DNA of 64,000 nucleotides from Pocillopora damicornis (taxonomy: Eukaryota): positions 1 through 64,000 of the forward strand of contig NW_020845063.1 in NCBI RefSeq assembly GCF_003704095.1. Direction: 5' to 3'. The notes under the pieces are model-generated. The model made no database searches and was not told the origin of the DNA. It worked only from the letters and a program-made list of their open reading frames with translations. Of this stretch, positions 50,506-64,000 are shown piece by piece (within the stretch, counting starts at the first letter, position 1; each line of letters starts with the position of its first letter). The position numbers were made by a program, and so were the translations under genes.

Positions 50506-53500
50506 CCAGGGAGGGGTATTTTACAGCCGGGTATTGAACATCATAGCAAATAATGGGGATTTCATGATTGGCGCGCACAACCCAGTACCAGTATAAAGAG
50601 TAATATGGTCAGTTTCCTCTAAGGAAGAAAAATTTCGTAGCTGTACGCATATTACAAACACCCCTTGATTTCGAAAGGGAACCCTGCATATCAGCAAGTA
50701 GTTGCATAATCACAAACCATTCTAAGCTGCAATGGACTTTTCGCCTAAGAAAAATCAAGGATTTATTACTGACAAATCCTAATGAAACATCTTCACCATC
50801 ATGCTAACCTTTCTTCATGAAAATTAAGAATCAATAATATTAGTTTGAACTTTTTATGTTGTCTTATGGCATCAGTGTTCGATAAGAAACGATTGTGGGT
50901 TAGCATTTAATGTTTATCCATATAACTTACGTTTACTTTATCGCAAAGAAAACTTTTGTGGTCATTTCTGCTCTTGCTACATACACAGTCGTGAAGCCGG
51001 ATAAACTAAGTTTTAATTCCCTTATTTAGGTATTCTTACACCTCTACTCCAAGTCGAACTCGTATTCCAATTTTAAAATTCTACTCCAACTCCAAATTGA
51101 TCTAATTTATATCTCAAGTCAGAGTTATAAAAAAAATCAAGTACGAGATAATGACTTCAAGATGTACGTGAAGGATGTACAGAGGCTTGCCAAAAATGAA
51201 ACACTGGTTTCCTTTTACTCTGAGTATTCGACGAGTTACTCACCTTTTACCTCTACTAAAATTCGGTATTTTAAGTTTGTGTTTACACTTTGCACGACAT
51301 AATAATTACTTGAACCACTTACATATGTAACGGCTCCCAGATTTAAAATTCTGATTATTATATACCTTTTGTCCTTTAATGTTTTGTAAGTGAAAACAAA
51401 GGCAGCAACGAAATTAAGAAGAGACGTTAATGCTTCTATACACAGATACAGAAATGGCAAAATAACCTCAAAATTAGAAAAGCATACCATTTTTTCTTGT
51501 ACAGTACAGTTTGAGCAATGTTTTGTTTTACCTATACTTTAAGTCTTAGAAAAGTATCTAAATATTGTTTGATCATCGGAAATAATCTTGTATTTTATTT
51601 TCTAAAAGGGGCGGGCGAAAGTTCTCAGTTTTGGCGATACTGAATGTAAAAGATCCCCTTAAAAATAGTTTTTTCCCTTCTGTGTTTATTTGGACTATCT
51701 TCATTTTTATGATTTCCCATTCATGGTATTTATATACTTGATCTTGAGAGAGCTATTTCTTGAAAAGTCTTGCGTAACCAAGCAGTATTTTGGTGATTTT
51801 GGGAGTGGTCATGAGAAAGGGAAATGGATAATTTGCTTGTTTCGGGAGTGAATTTGAATGCCGAGAAACTAGTACGTTTGAGTCAGCTTAATCAATCAAT
51901 CTTTTCAAGGCTATATTTAATATCAAACTTCCTGGTTCTATTTTCTTTATACATTGAGGATCATTTGTTATTCATTCAATCTGCAATAGAAGATTGGACT
52001 GAGTTGCATCGGAATAGATATTGAAGAAATTTGATTAGTTTGTAACCTAACTAAAAAATACAATGAAAGAACTGCACTTTGACCTAAGACCATATTAGAA
52101 AACTTTATCATGAACAGTTCCTAATCCTTAATGCTCTAAACCCGGAATAGAATATGGAAAATATCTTCAGGGGTTTTTTCCTCGAATGGTGATACTTTTT
52201 CTGATAGAAGGAAGCTTTTGTTTCACGACCTTGGTCCACGCTGCATGACATTGGCAGTTTGCATTTTCAGGAACGTATATCTGATAACTTGATGTTAGTT
52301 ACGCTTTTTCAGCGATCTCGCCTTTTCTTTTGGTCGGGTCTGAGTCACACACGTTGTTAACACCTAATGGATTTTCAACCGGAACAGTCAAATAAAACTG
52401 CGGAAAAAATGTTTTTTTTTAATTAAAATTTCTTCTCCCAACCTTACTTTTAGATTAGAGGCAATTGGATTTATGTTTGTTTTTGTTTCCTTTCAAAGGC
52501 TGCAGAGATTATTCTTGGGATATTTCACACTCCTTGCGACAACCTCAAACGGCGTGACTGTTTTCCAGATGTTCATATGCAATTGCAAAATTTCCTGTAA
52601 ATTTTGTAAATATAGGACAGACATATCAAAAATGTGTATTGTAAAATGATTCCCTTGCAGTTTAAAACAAAATTATTTAGCACGTGCAGGTATGACTCTC
52701 TATAAGGCTTACAAACTGTTCTTCTACTGCGAAACAGCAATTATCTGGGAAATCCCTAAATATGGATTGTGGGTGTTGTTGATTGTGTGTTGCAATTTAA
52801 AGCTTATCACTCCCAAAGGTTGAATAAAACTTCTTCCTTATATCATTTTCATAAAATACTGCCCACGCATTTGTTTGAATAAAAGATAATTTCCCCATTA
52901 TTTCAACGTTTGTCGCTAATAATTTCCAATAAACTGTGGCTAAGAAGGGTAATCACGTGTGGCTTTATTTTAGATCAGAGTGGCTCTAAATATATCTGGC
53001 GTTAAATGAACTTAATCAATTCAAGTTTGAAAGATAAACAGACAACTTTGTTTACTAACTTTGTAGCGAAGAATCGTTCTGCGGCTGTTCTATTCACTTT
53101 CGATGTATCTGTGAAGAAATGTATCTCATTTAGATAAGCTTGATAACTATTAAAGCTATGTGAGCCCCAAGCGTTTTTAAATTTTGAGAAAAATTTTCCC
53201 AACTTTCTCAGCGCCAAACGATTTGAAGCAAAAGACTTATCAGTTTACTTAGTGCAAATCCCATTCATTTTTTTTTTGAATTGTAAATAAAATTGTTTCC
53301 TTACACAAATCTTCCCATTGCGCAATGGCATTATCTGCTAATATACTACAGATATGATCGTATAACGGAGCTTGAACGACCTGTTATTACAAATGTAACA
53401 TTTTACAATCCTTTCTGTTAGTTTTCATAAGATTCGAAATGAAGAAGTGCAGCTCTAGCTTTGGAGTTTTATGATTAGAACTTGTTATGTAACTTTCTTC

Positions 53501-53708
53501 ACTCCATTAAAAAAAAGGAAGTCTTCACGAAGCTTTTCGTTTATCCTGTTTTGACATAGTCATTTTTCAATTTTTTTGCCGTGGGCGTAGTATGTACGTG
53601 TTTTACAAACCTAATTAAGTTATTCTTAACAAATTCTATAAAAGACGATCAGAATTGAAGTGGAACCCAGAAGAAAACTGGTTAATTCAACGCTGGTTGG
53701 TGAAGAAA

Positions 53709-54722
53709 ATGCTTTGCTCCAGAATTCTTTTCGTGTTTATTCTTAGTGATTTCATCTCTTGCCGAGGTTTCGAAAATGATTATCAAGGTAAGTAAGTACA
53801 GAGAACGTTTCGATTTAAGTTACTGCCTTAGACAATGCTTCCAGTAAACAGAGAATCGATTTCAGCTCTAAAAAAGTATTTCCCCTCTAATTTCCAAAAA
53901 TTCAATTTTGTTACAGATGCCGTTAACTTAAATGAAGTGGAGATTAAGAAGGCTACCTTTGAACAAGAAAACGCAGATGAATTTGACAAATACAAGAGGA
54001 AGAGTATCGTGGGCTCAGATGATAGAATGCGCGTAAAACCTGAATCAACGCAACGCCTGCCATTTGGAGCTATGGTGAAAGTCAAGATCAGTCCCAGCGC
54101 AGGGTCATGCTCCGGAGTCCTGGTTGGGCCCCGGCACGTTTTATCTGCCGCACACTGTTTTCACAACGGAAATGAGTTACTGGCACCGAGGCGATCGTTA
54201 AACGTTGGTGTGCTTCAGAGTAACCAACGTTTTACTTGGTATCGTGTCAGACAAGTTTCTCTCCCGCGTGCATGGTACGGCACAACCCCTATGAATCCTG
54301 AAATCGATTATGCAATTTTAACCCTCAAGAGACCCCATGGGAGACCGTATCTCCGCATCAAAGCTTTCTCCATGAAGAATCTCCAGCAATTCAGCGCCAT
54401 GCACTTCGCCTGCTTTCCGAACGACAAACGAGAAAATTCAATGTGGTATTCGTCGTGCCCTGTCGGTTGGCAGCCGAACAGTACCACCTACCGAACAGTC
54501 ATCATGAACACCTGCGACGCTGCTGGAGGTTGCTCGGGAGCCGGCGTTTATGTGTTAAACAATAGGAACCAAAATCGATATGTCATCGGGGTGTTGTCGG
54601 GAACAGTCAATAGCAAGGCGAAAAATGTCATGACACGCTTGACCTCGAAAAAGGTGAAGGAAATTTGTCGCTGGATTGGAAGGTTGGCAAAATCAGGATG
54701 CCGCACCAGTGGTATTCAATAA
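53709..54722 (+). CDS. Secreted S1 serine protease, PRSS23-like; exons 53709-53787 (signal peptide) and 53917-54722
   Basis: Signal peptide MLCSRILFVFIL.., basic propeptide site KRK/SIVGSDDR, catalytic LSAAHC, IDYAIL, CDAAGGCSGAGVY. TATAAAAG at ~53637. Confidence 0.88.
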
Positions 54723-55354
54723 AACTGAACGCTTACGTATCGATTCTATGATTACACAAGTTTAATTAAAATTAAAATGATAATTTCAGCAATCCTTTAG
54801 TGACATAAAAGTGCAGAATTTAAAGTTAATTAAGATATCGTTTAATGAATGTCAAATTTCGTTGAGGTCACAAATAAATGATAAAATATCAGAGAAGATT
54901 GTTCCTTCCTTTGCTTGTTGTAAATTGAATTCATAAGTTTATGATTACCAAAAACATCAACATAGCGAATTAAATAGCTGCAGGCTATCACGAATGTCTA
55001 AATAAAATTGCAAACAAAGTTGTCACGTTAAATATAGGTGGACAAAGGTGTCCATTTTAATTCTTTCAAACTATCGTGGAGTAACTAACTGCTCCTCGTT
55101 AATCTTATTACACTCGGCAAGTTTTTTCGCTGCTAGTCCATGGTCTCAGAATGAGAAAACAAGATCGAAGTTGAAAGTCGATTACTACTAACACTTTCGA
55201 AAACGAGGCGCTAGCTCTCTTATCGTATCGAGCTCTCACGCGCCCTAAGCACGCGCCGCGCGCGAAATAGGAGTGTGCACCGCCCATTTGGCCAGGTTGC
55301 TGAGGGAAGTCGCCATCTTTTTGTGGATAAAAAGTGATCGAAGCAGAAGGAAAC

Positions 55355-58300
55355 ATGTCTTTGAAGGCTGTGGTTGGACAGCGTGAGTTGAATATTTTAC
55401 CTCATTATTTTAATTCCTTAAGCCATTCATGAAATCTGTTTTTTGTTTTACTTCATGAAGGTCTAATGCAAGATGTGATTCGCGAAGTCAAAACGGCCAA
55501 CGAATGGAAGGTAAGTACACAGTAAACTATGATTCACTTGTCAGAGTGATGTAAACATTAACTTGATGGCTGACTGAAGCACCATTAAACACAGGAAATA
55601 TACTTAATTTGAATTTTTCAAAATAATAGGTTCTTGTGGTGGATCGTCTGAGTTCCAGGATAATTTCATCATGCTGCAAAATGCACGACATCGTCGAGGA
55701 AGGCATAACAAGTAAGTTTTTCTTTTTAAATTTGTTTACCTTCAACACTGGAAGTTTGAGCTTTAGAGATATGGTTATTGTAAGACTATCATTGTGATAA
55801 CTTCTCATCGTTATCAGATAGAAATCCATGGAACTATGAAATAAATTACCCAACGGTGAAACTGCAATGTCATCTACAGAAATGTTGCAGCAATATTGCA
55901 CGTAAATATTTTACTGTTCGATCAAAATCGATCCTTTACTAGCACTGCTGTATTTAGAATATGATGTCCATTGACGTGATATCGTTTGTATACTTGATAC
56001 CTTCTTATCATCTTGAAATAGATGTATGAATAAAAAACTGGCTAGAGGTAATTTATTTCATTTTTTCTCTTTAGTTTTTTTGTAATCAGCAAATTGAAAG
56101 TTCTGTAGAGGGAAACGGATAATGCCTAGTTGCAAGATTTGTGCATGTACTCATTGTCAGACTGGTGAAGGACAGTAGAATTTAGGTTAATTGAATTAGT
56201 TTTGCTTTATATACTGAGTTGATAAGTGAGTTGGCTGTGGTGAAGACATTTGAAAGCTGACATTTCAAGTGTTAGCCCTTATTATTGTGATGTATTTATG
56301 TTTATCACACCTGCCCAGAATGATATTCATATTTACTGCATGATGAATTTCTTTTAGTTGTTGAAGATATTTCCAAAGTCCGCCAACCACTACCAACCTT
56401 TGAGGCTATATACATTTTGACACCTGAGGAAACGGTGGGTTATTTAAGTTTCTAAAGAAACTATGGTGCTGCGTCAATGGGAAAGCATAACAAGATAACT
56501 TTGGTATTATCAACTGAGTTGATAATGTAAATTGGCTGTCGTAAAGAATTTCAAAGCTGATATTTCAAGCATTAGCCCTTTCTCAGGGCCAAAACACTTG
56601 CTTTGACAAGGGACTAGTGCTTGATATGTCAGCTTTGAAACTCTTTGCGGTTGCCAATTGACATTAAGAACTCAGTTGATAATACCAAAATTATCTAGGT
56701 GGGTTGTATAACTACCTTTACCTCATTTTTAATTTGCCTTAGATGTAGATGAAAAATCACACAAATATTAATATACCAATGTAGAAGATAATACAGCCAC
56801 AGCAGTTTCCCAGTTTTTGAGTGATATAGAATACCAACAACAGATTTAAATGTGTCAATCAATTCTACAATCAGAATTCTTCTTTAAGGTTTAAGCAAAT
56901 GTTTTAGAAAGCCTGGGACATTTCAACTGTCAATAGTTCTCAGTCAAGGGTGTAATTTGTGAAAACAACATATGAATGAAGTGTCTATGAACCTGGCTAC
57001 ATGCTATTTTGTATTTTCCCTCTTCTGTCAAACTTATTGACAGCCCAGCTATTGATAGTTTACAAGTGGGATTTGGTAATTATTACCAAGGTGTCCAAGG
57101 TGGTGAGGTTTGCTCTCTCCTACCTAAGAAAAGAAGCAAAAAGGGAACCTATTAAACCCTCCACCTTGAACAGTAGTTTTGGTATGACAAGGCCTTACCT
57201 GCATAATGGAGCTGATATGATGACTTTGGATTGACAACTTATTATGCATTTTACGACTACACTATGTGTGATTGGTTAATTTGTGTAAGTGATCTTGGTT
57301 ACAGGTATGAAGTAGTACTGTTTCAGTGTTCTTTTTAATTGAGTAACTGACTTCAATATATTTGGTTTCAAATTCTTACAGTCAGTTAAAGCTTTGGTTG
57401 AAGACTTCACAGAAGGAAATCACAGATATAAGGGTGCTCATGTATTCTTTACAGAAGGTACAGTTTACCATGGTGCATAGAAGTATATATCAGCACAAAG
57501 TAAATATTTTGGGATAATTAAGAATTCTACAAGTATTAATTTTTGCAGATGTTTTGGAGTGTTCCAAATAGTCTTGAGTTCAAACCTTCTTGGGCAACCC
57601 ACTTCTCATAAGAAAACACCAAAATTTTCTGCAAAATTTTCTTATTCTGGGGATTAGACTAAAAGTAAGGGACTTCAAATTGTGTGGCCCACTTCATTAT
57701 TTTTAGGGGAGCCTTTTTCAAGAAACGGGGTCCAACTAGGCTATTTGGCACCAAATCCAAAAAAACTGAGTGCTTTTTGAGACTTAACATGGGTCAAACT
57801 TGCTGGACCCTCAGCTGCCATCTTGAAACATTCCTGGAAACAGAAAAAGCCAGGGTTTGAATTAGTGCAGAATCCCAGATGTTTTACCAGTGATGTGAGA
57901 ATGAAGAAGAGAAAGGCAATTTAGACAGTAAGAGGCTATAATAGTTTAAAGTAAGTTTATAGAGCAGCCATCAAATCAGTGTTGTTGTAATAATAATTTA
58001 TTTCCAAAAAATAGTATTTATCCTGGGGTCTATTTTAAATTTTTATTTTGTACCCCATTTGATGTACTTACATAGATTTTATGTGGCATTTTTTTCCAAT
58101 TTGTGGAAATCCTGCAAAGCTGCTCTAGAATAAACCCATTTGCAGATAGATTAACACTAATTTGAAATGTTTTTGAGTTCTGAAAGTTTCTACTTTTTTG
58201 TATCGTATCATTATGTAACATAAAAAATTTGCGATACCTTTCTTTCCACACCAGTTTGTCCAGACTCCTTAATCAGTGAAATTGCAAAGATTTCCAAATG

Positions 58301-61300
58301 TAAGTACTTGTTTGGTATTTCTTTAGTGTACAATGCTAATGAACTGGAAACAAGGTTACTGATATGTAGTGGAAATATGTACACTATGTACATTAAGGTG
58401 AAAGAAAAAAACATGCACTGGACCTGTTACAATTTGAATTGTCTTTGCAGTTAACAGTCTTTACAGTTATAGCTGTCACTCTCTGGTGTACAAGCTAAGG
58501 CTAATCTGTTTATAAGGTATTCGTACTGTCATAAGCTTTTGAGGATCAATCCTGTGTGGGTTAATGTTTTTATTGGTTCCCGTCCTTACTCAAAGATTTT
58601 CTCCAGGTTATCTAGTTTTCCTCCCTCCACAAAAATCATCCTTTCAAGTTCTAAATTTGACCCAGAAAACCTCCTTTCGTTATGCTAGTGTGTCTGCAGG
58701 TGTCTGTAGCATAGATAATCATCTTCAATCATTTTGTGTTTTATCTTAGATGTGAAGACCCTGAAAGAAATTAACATTGCATTTCTGCCATATGAGTCTC
58801 AGGTAAACTGCTGCAGTTAATAAATTATTGCATGTACTTGGTAACTGTTAAAAGAAGAGTGAATTTTCACAAATTTTTAGTTGTAAATTCAATAACTTTA
58901 CCCATAGTCAGCAAATGTATGGAGGTATTAGCCAGACTATCACAGAATAAATTTATTTCTACTAATAATGTTAAATGAATGATCCAACTTCACCGTTTGA
59001 ACAATCACTTGTTTTACAGGTTTACTCTTTGGACACTCCAAAAGCATTTCACAGTTTTTATGGGCCTGAACCATCAGACCAGTCCCAGCGATTTCAATAT
59101 TCTGAGGTACCTAACTGTTTAAATTTGGACTATTAATGATCATAATCATGATATTGCAAAAAAAGGGAACTACATGTTTGAAATGGGTGCAAAGTTTTGT
59201 TTGGCAACAGTACCTCCAGATTTATTACATTCCTTTCACATGCCACATATTCCAAAAGTGGAATCAAAGTTATGTGAGGCTGTGTATAGGGTTTTTATCT
59301 GTATCAAGTTCAGAAACATCCTGATGTATATTTCTCTGCCTGGCTTCCCCTTAAATTCTGTATAATCCATTAACATTGGAAAAAATAAGGTTTTACTTGG
59401 AACAGTTAAGGTTTTACTTGGAACAGTTACAAAGGGCTGAAAATAGCAGAGGAATAAAGGGCAAAAAGCTGTTTAAAGTTGGAGAGGCTACAGTACAAAA
59501 TTTGAAGGCCTTCCATGATTTTTCTTTTTGAAATCATTTTTGGTTTCTTACATGTAGGTATGAATGTTGTTGGAAAAACTGATTATTGATAATTAATTCA
59601 AAACTGTAGTTAATCAGCTCATTCAAGGATATTGCTATTAGCTTATCACTATTTTTTACTGGTGAGGAAAGAGGAAAAAAGAGCAATGCCTTTTATCACA
59701 CCAGGACATTGGTCAAAATTTTTGAAAAATAAATAGAACAGAATCTACAAATAGTGACATCTCAGTACTATTTGAGGACCATCTGTTGTAAAATGTTTGA
59801 AGGTAATAAAAGATTATTGTAGGATAGTTAAGGGCGTTTTATCTTAATTTTATGCTGCGCCCATTTTAGTTAAAGGTGCAGTTTAATATGCTATTCATTT
59901 AATACTAAGCTCTCTAGTAGATGATAAGTGAAGCCTTTTCCACCCTTTAATTAACTATGCCCAGATGTAAAATTTAAATTTAAATATAATATTTGGCATT
60001 TTCTTTTGCTGTTGTGTTGTTTACTTCAGAGTGATTCCGGAAGCATTCAGCTTCAAACATTTTCAACTGCTAGTGCACTGGAATCACATTTTGAGGTACA
60101 AGGTTGTTTGGTTGAACTGTTTCTAACCCTTTAACAATTTAACCTTTCGATCATCTAAATTATGTATTCAGAACTTGAAGCTATTGAGTTGACTTTTCTT
60201 CACTATCAACAATGTTGAATTCTTTTTCAAATTCTAATTATTTTACCTGCCATCAAAAGGGTTAAAGACAGACAGTGAACATTTTATCAATACCTTGGTT
60301 GCAATTATTAGTATGTTATGGTGCTCAGATAATGAGTGTATAAAACAAAATGAAAGAAAAATCACCCAAGTTTTTTTTGGTCTAATTTTTTTTGCTTAGA
60401 AAATAGCTGAACAGATTGCAACTCTGTGTGCTACGTTGGGTGAATATCCATCTGTAAGATACAGAAAGTAAGTAAAATAACTTGATAGACATGCACAACC
60501 AAACCATTATGAAACATTTTTTCCAAGACTTTTTCACTTGGCATGATATCCAATGATCTCTTCTTCCACAGATTTATTTTCATCCCTATATTTATGAAAA
60601 TGCAGTTTGACAAAGTTACATGTAGTCCTTAAAACTTAGTAGGCTCTGGTCAGCCTTCAATCGCACAAGTGCTGGTTCTGGGAACTTTACAACTGTGTTT
60701 CCTCTCAATTGTTGAGTTCCCAGGCAACCACATGAAATTTATTTTTCAGCAGTCCTCAGCAGTTTTGTAATGGTTGTTTTGGCATTCATAGCTTTCTCTC
60801 TTTACTACCTTTCTAATGGTCCAATAAGTTTTAATATGTTCCTGGAAAGGGAGCTCATGACTGGGTTGTGTTGATTTTCCAGCTTAGGGTGTGGTCTTCT
60901 CTCTACACTAAAAGGCTTTTCGGATTACCTAGGCACCCATCTTCCTTGTAACTGAGGCAGCTATGTAACACATTGTTTTTGAACAGGGATGGTCTTCATC
61001 TTGCTGAGTTGGCAAACACTGTGCAGACCAAACTACATGCCTACAAGGCAGATGATCCAGCTGGTATGGGAGAGGTATGTGAAATTCTTTTGGAGGAAAA
61101 ATTTTAGCTGCCAGTAAAAAAGTGGTCATGGACTTGTCATGCACTACTAGACAATCTACCATACAATGTTTTCTCCAATTATTATCTTATGGCATAGCAT
61201 ATTACTTGGCTACAGAAAACAAGTCACCAACATGGAGACTTTTGCTTCAGATTTAGCCACATTTTTTTTTACTCACCATATAGCAAGTGCTTGCCTCCTC

Positions 61301-63922
61301 AATTTCTCAAGGGAAAATTATATACTATGACTCTTCTGTTAAGTAGCATTTAAAGCTGGATAGGTCATTACATGGCAAATTAATTGGAATTTCCTTCCAT
61401 ATTTCTTGCTCTCATGCAGTTTATTTTGCGTATTGCAGGGTCCACATAAGCATCGATCACAACTGATATTGCTAGACAGGTACTTCTTTAGTATACCTTC
61501 AGTTATCACTTTTTATCCATTTCTACATGCTGTTGTCCTGCAGGAAAGTTAGATAATATTTCTTTCAGCTGAGCTTGTTGGCCATTTTGGCATGTCTTAC
61601 AGGTTATGTCATATAACTTACCACTATTTTCTATATTGTGCAATTCAATAGATCTTAAAGGGTATTTAGAAAATTTGTAGGAAATTTTTATCTTGATGCT
61701 GGATCATCATGTCATACTTTTCTTTTTTTCCAGAGGATTTGACCCAGTCTCACCTCTCCTGCATGAACTCACATTTCAGGTTTGTAATACCTGTTACTCA
61801 AAAGTACAAAGTGTATTCTTGAGGACTCTTGTAAACAATTGCATGGACTCTGCTCCAAAAAAAAAATCTGAGAACTGTATAGACCTGAGGTCATATTGAA
61901 TAATTTATATTTAAGCAATGCTAGCGTGGATGGTGTCTCAAAAGGCAACCCATTCTCTTTTGTCTCCCTGCTATTTTTGTATTTTTTCAAGCTCAGTTTC
62001 CACAGTACCATTTGAGAGAGTTTTGCATAGTCACAATGTCAAATATTTTTTCTAAATCTTCAGGCAATGACTTATGATCTTCTTCCAATTGTCAATGATG
62101 TTTACAAGTGAGTTTTTCTAACTTCATTTCGTGGAGTTAAAGAATGTGACTATGATAAGCACTTGTTGTCATGGTCACTGTAGTTAAATTACCAATATCA
62201 GTTACTTAGATATTTTACTAGTGAGCAATGTACAAATTTGCTTTATAATAGTGAAGGGAAGCTGTACCTTTGCTAGTTCCATGTTTGGTATTACACTACA
62301 CGTTGCTTGTTATTACTATTGATGTACTATTTGTTTACTGGTAATCTTGTTGTGGTAGATATATTTCATCATCTGGTAATGAAGAAAAGGAAACTGTGCT
62401 TGATGGTGAGTTCATTATCATGTTTGTGGCATTGATGTGTTTTGACTGAGTGTAGCCACAAGGAGAGCAGTCATATTCGACCTCTCACTGTAACGGTGCT
62501 TCATTCAGCGATTCATGAAATCAGGATACACATCCGTAAACGGTAACAAGACAATAAAAGCATACAAGGATTACCACAATCGCCATTAATAGTTATGGAA
62601 GGCATCATCTGTCTCCTTCTGTGCCTCTGATGGAAAGCCAACCATTCTCGACAGACATGCACCGCAATTGTATGAATTGTCGGGGAACCTTGATGAAAAC
62701 TTTCAAAATCTTCAAAAATACATTGATATGTTTATTTGATACCCAGGGAGAGTCTTGCTATTGTAAATTCAACAAATTACTCAAAAATTAACAGAAAGTC
62801 ACGGTTCTGGTGAAGTTAAACTACTAAACAAAAACTGTTCGTCTTTTAAGTCATACTTTCTCTATTTGCAGAAAATGATGAAATGTGGGCAAGGCATCGT
62901 CATGAACACATTGCTGATGTCTTGAGGTACAGTTGTGCATTTTACAGTAGTTGCTTTGAACTTTATGGCTTCTTTTTTAAAACAATTCTGTCTAATGTTA
63001 ACGTTATAGCTCCGTTTTGGATAATCTTTGTACAAAATGGCGGCCTTCGTGTCAATCTATCTATCTGATTTTTGGTGCCTTTTTTAACGGTGCGAATGCG
63101 TGATAAAAGACATTTTTGAAATCTACCGGTACGATCTTCTATTTGGACAGTGGATGTACTTTCTCTAGTGCCTTTTTTCTCTTTAACTGATAATTATTGG
63201 AGGGCCTCGAACCATGATACAATTTGATATTGAGATTACTGGAACCATTTCGTCATTTGCTGAAAGCCATTATTACTTTTCATAGGAAGGTCAATTCACA
63301 AATTAAAGATTTTGCAGCAGACAAGAAAATTTCCACTTCTAACAAGGTACCATGTGAGATTTTGTTTGATATGGATTGTCCTTCTTGAAACAAAGAAAAA
63401 TTTAGGCCTCTCACCGTATTGCAGTCATCTTGAAAACCTGGCCTCATTTTGATTCTCCTAACCCCGTGAGTGACCAAGACAGAATTTCTCCTTACAAAAG
63501 CAATACAATATCGAGCAGACAAGTGATGAGAATAAAGAAAAATATCAACCAGGGGTTTATAAGTTGATCCAATACCAAATTCTCCGAACTAACATCGTGA
63601 GTATTGTGCGGCAGACAGTAAGGAGAATTACTAGTGAGATCTTTGGAGTGAAAGGTTATAAAGTAGACTATGACGAGGTTTTTTTAACACTATTTTATAT
63701 ATCATATCTTAACGCCTTTATGCTTTGTACTCTATTTAATGTGAAGGTCATTAGTTTAGTAGAACTGCATAAATTGACACATAATTAGAGAGTACTACAT
63801 TTGAAAGGTTTCCAAATCATAGTCCATATCAGGGAAACCTTTTCTTTGTTTTTCAGACAACAATGAAAGATCTCCAAGTGATCTTAAAGAAAATGCCACA
63901 GTATCAAAAAGAAGTTAGCAAG
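55355..63922 (+). CDS. STXBP1: Syntaxin-binding protein 1 / Munc18 (Sec1 family), 5' part in ~16 short exons, continues beyond window
   Basis: Spliced peptides: [107 protein letters not shown]. Confidence 0.95.
56493..56696. mobile_element. Palindromic MITE-like element in STXBP1 intron (partial related copy ~56211-56281)
   Basis: AGATAACTTTGGTATTATCAACTGAGTT ... AACTCAGTTGATAATACCAAAATTATCT. Confidence 0.8.
59386..59427. repeat. Exact 21-bp tandem duplication (TAAGGTTTTACTTGGAACAGT)
   Basis: Directly visible. Confidence 0.85.
63459..63660. mobile_element. MITE-like family 1 copy in STXBP1 intron
   Basis: Shares internal sequence with 35776-35986 and 39666-39873. Confidence 0.75.
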
Positions 63923-64000
63923 GTGTGTGTATTGAATAGTTTAAGAAAAGGGTTTTTTTCTCCCACATGTTTGTCTGCATTAAAACACTATGAACTTAGT

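Noticed and set aside
53835-53916. ORF-track N-terminus of the protease (MLPVNRES...)
   Set aside because: Probably intronic; the signal-peptide exon at 53709-53787 splices in frame to 53917.

Overview
Eukaryotic, intron-rich, AT-rich animal genomic scaffold with N-gaps. Gene content and repeat style suggest a cnidarian, probably a scleractinian coral (inference). Left ~25 kb: a candidate antiviral/innate-immunity island. It holds interleaved, gap-broken pieces of at least two MOV10-like UPF1-family RNA helicase copies, a small intronless ORF with an OB-fold-like signature, and a ~2001-aa two-coding-exon gene with the architecture HEPN-like (CXorf38/DUF4559-type) - coiled coil - hydrophobic segment(s) - NACHT/STAND NTPase - ankyrin repeats. 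The putative promoters of both MOV10 5' ends and of the STAND gene share the same CRE-3 bp-GAS(STAT) composite motif just upstream of a non-coding first exon. A perfect kappaB site lies in the STAND gene's first intron. Right part: an intronless class A GPCR, an unknown coiled-coil protein, TMEM115 (9 exons), a SNAG + 8xC2H2 Gfi-like repressor, a PRSS23-like secreted serine protease, the 5' part of STXBP1/unc-18, and many MITE-like/palindromic repeats plus an RTE-like LINE 3' fragment. Exon boundaries were derived by eye from GT-AG sites and frame continuity.
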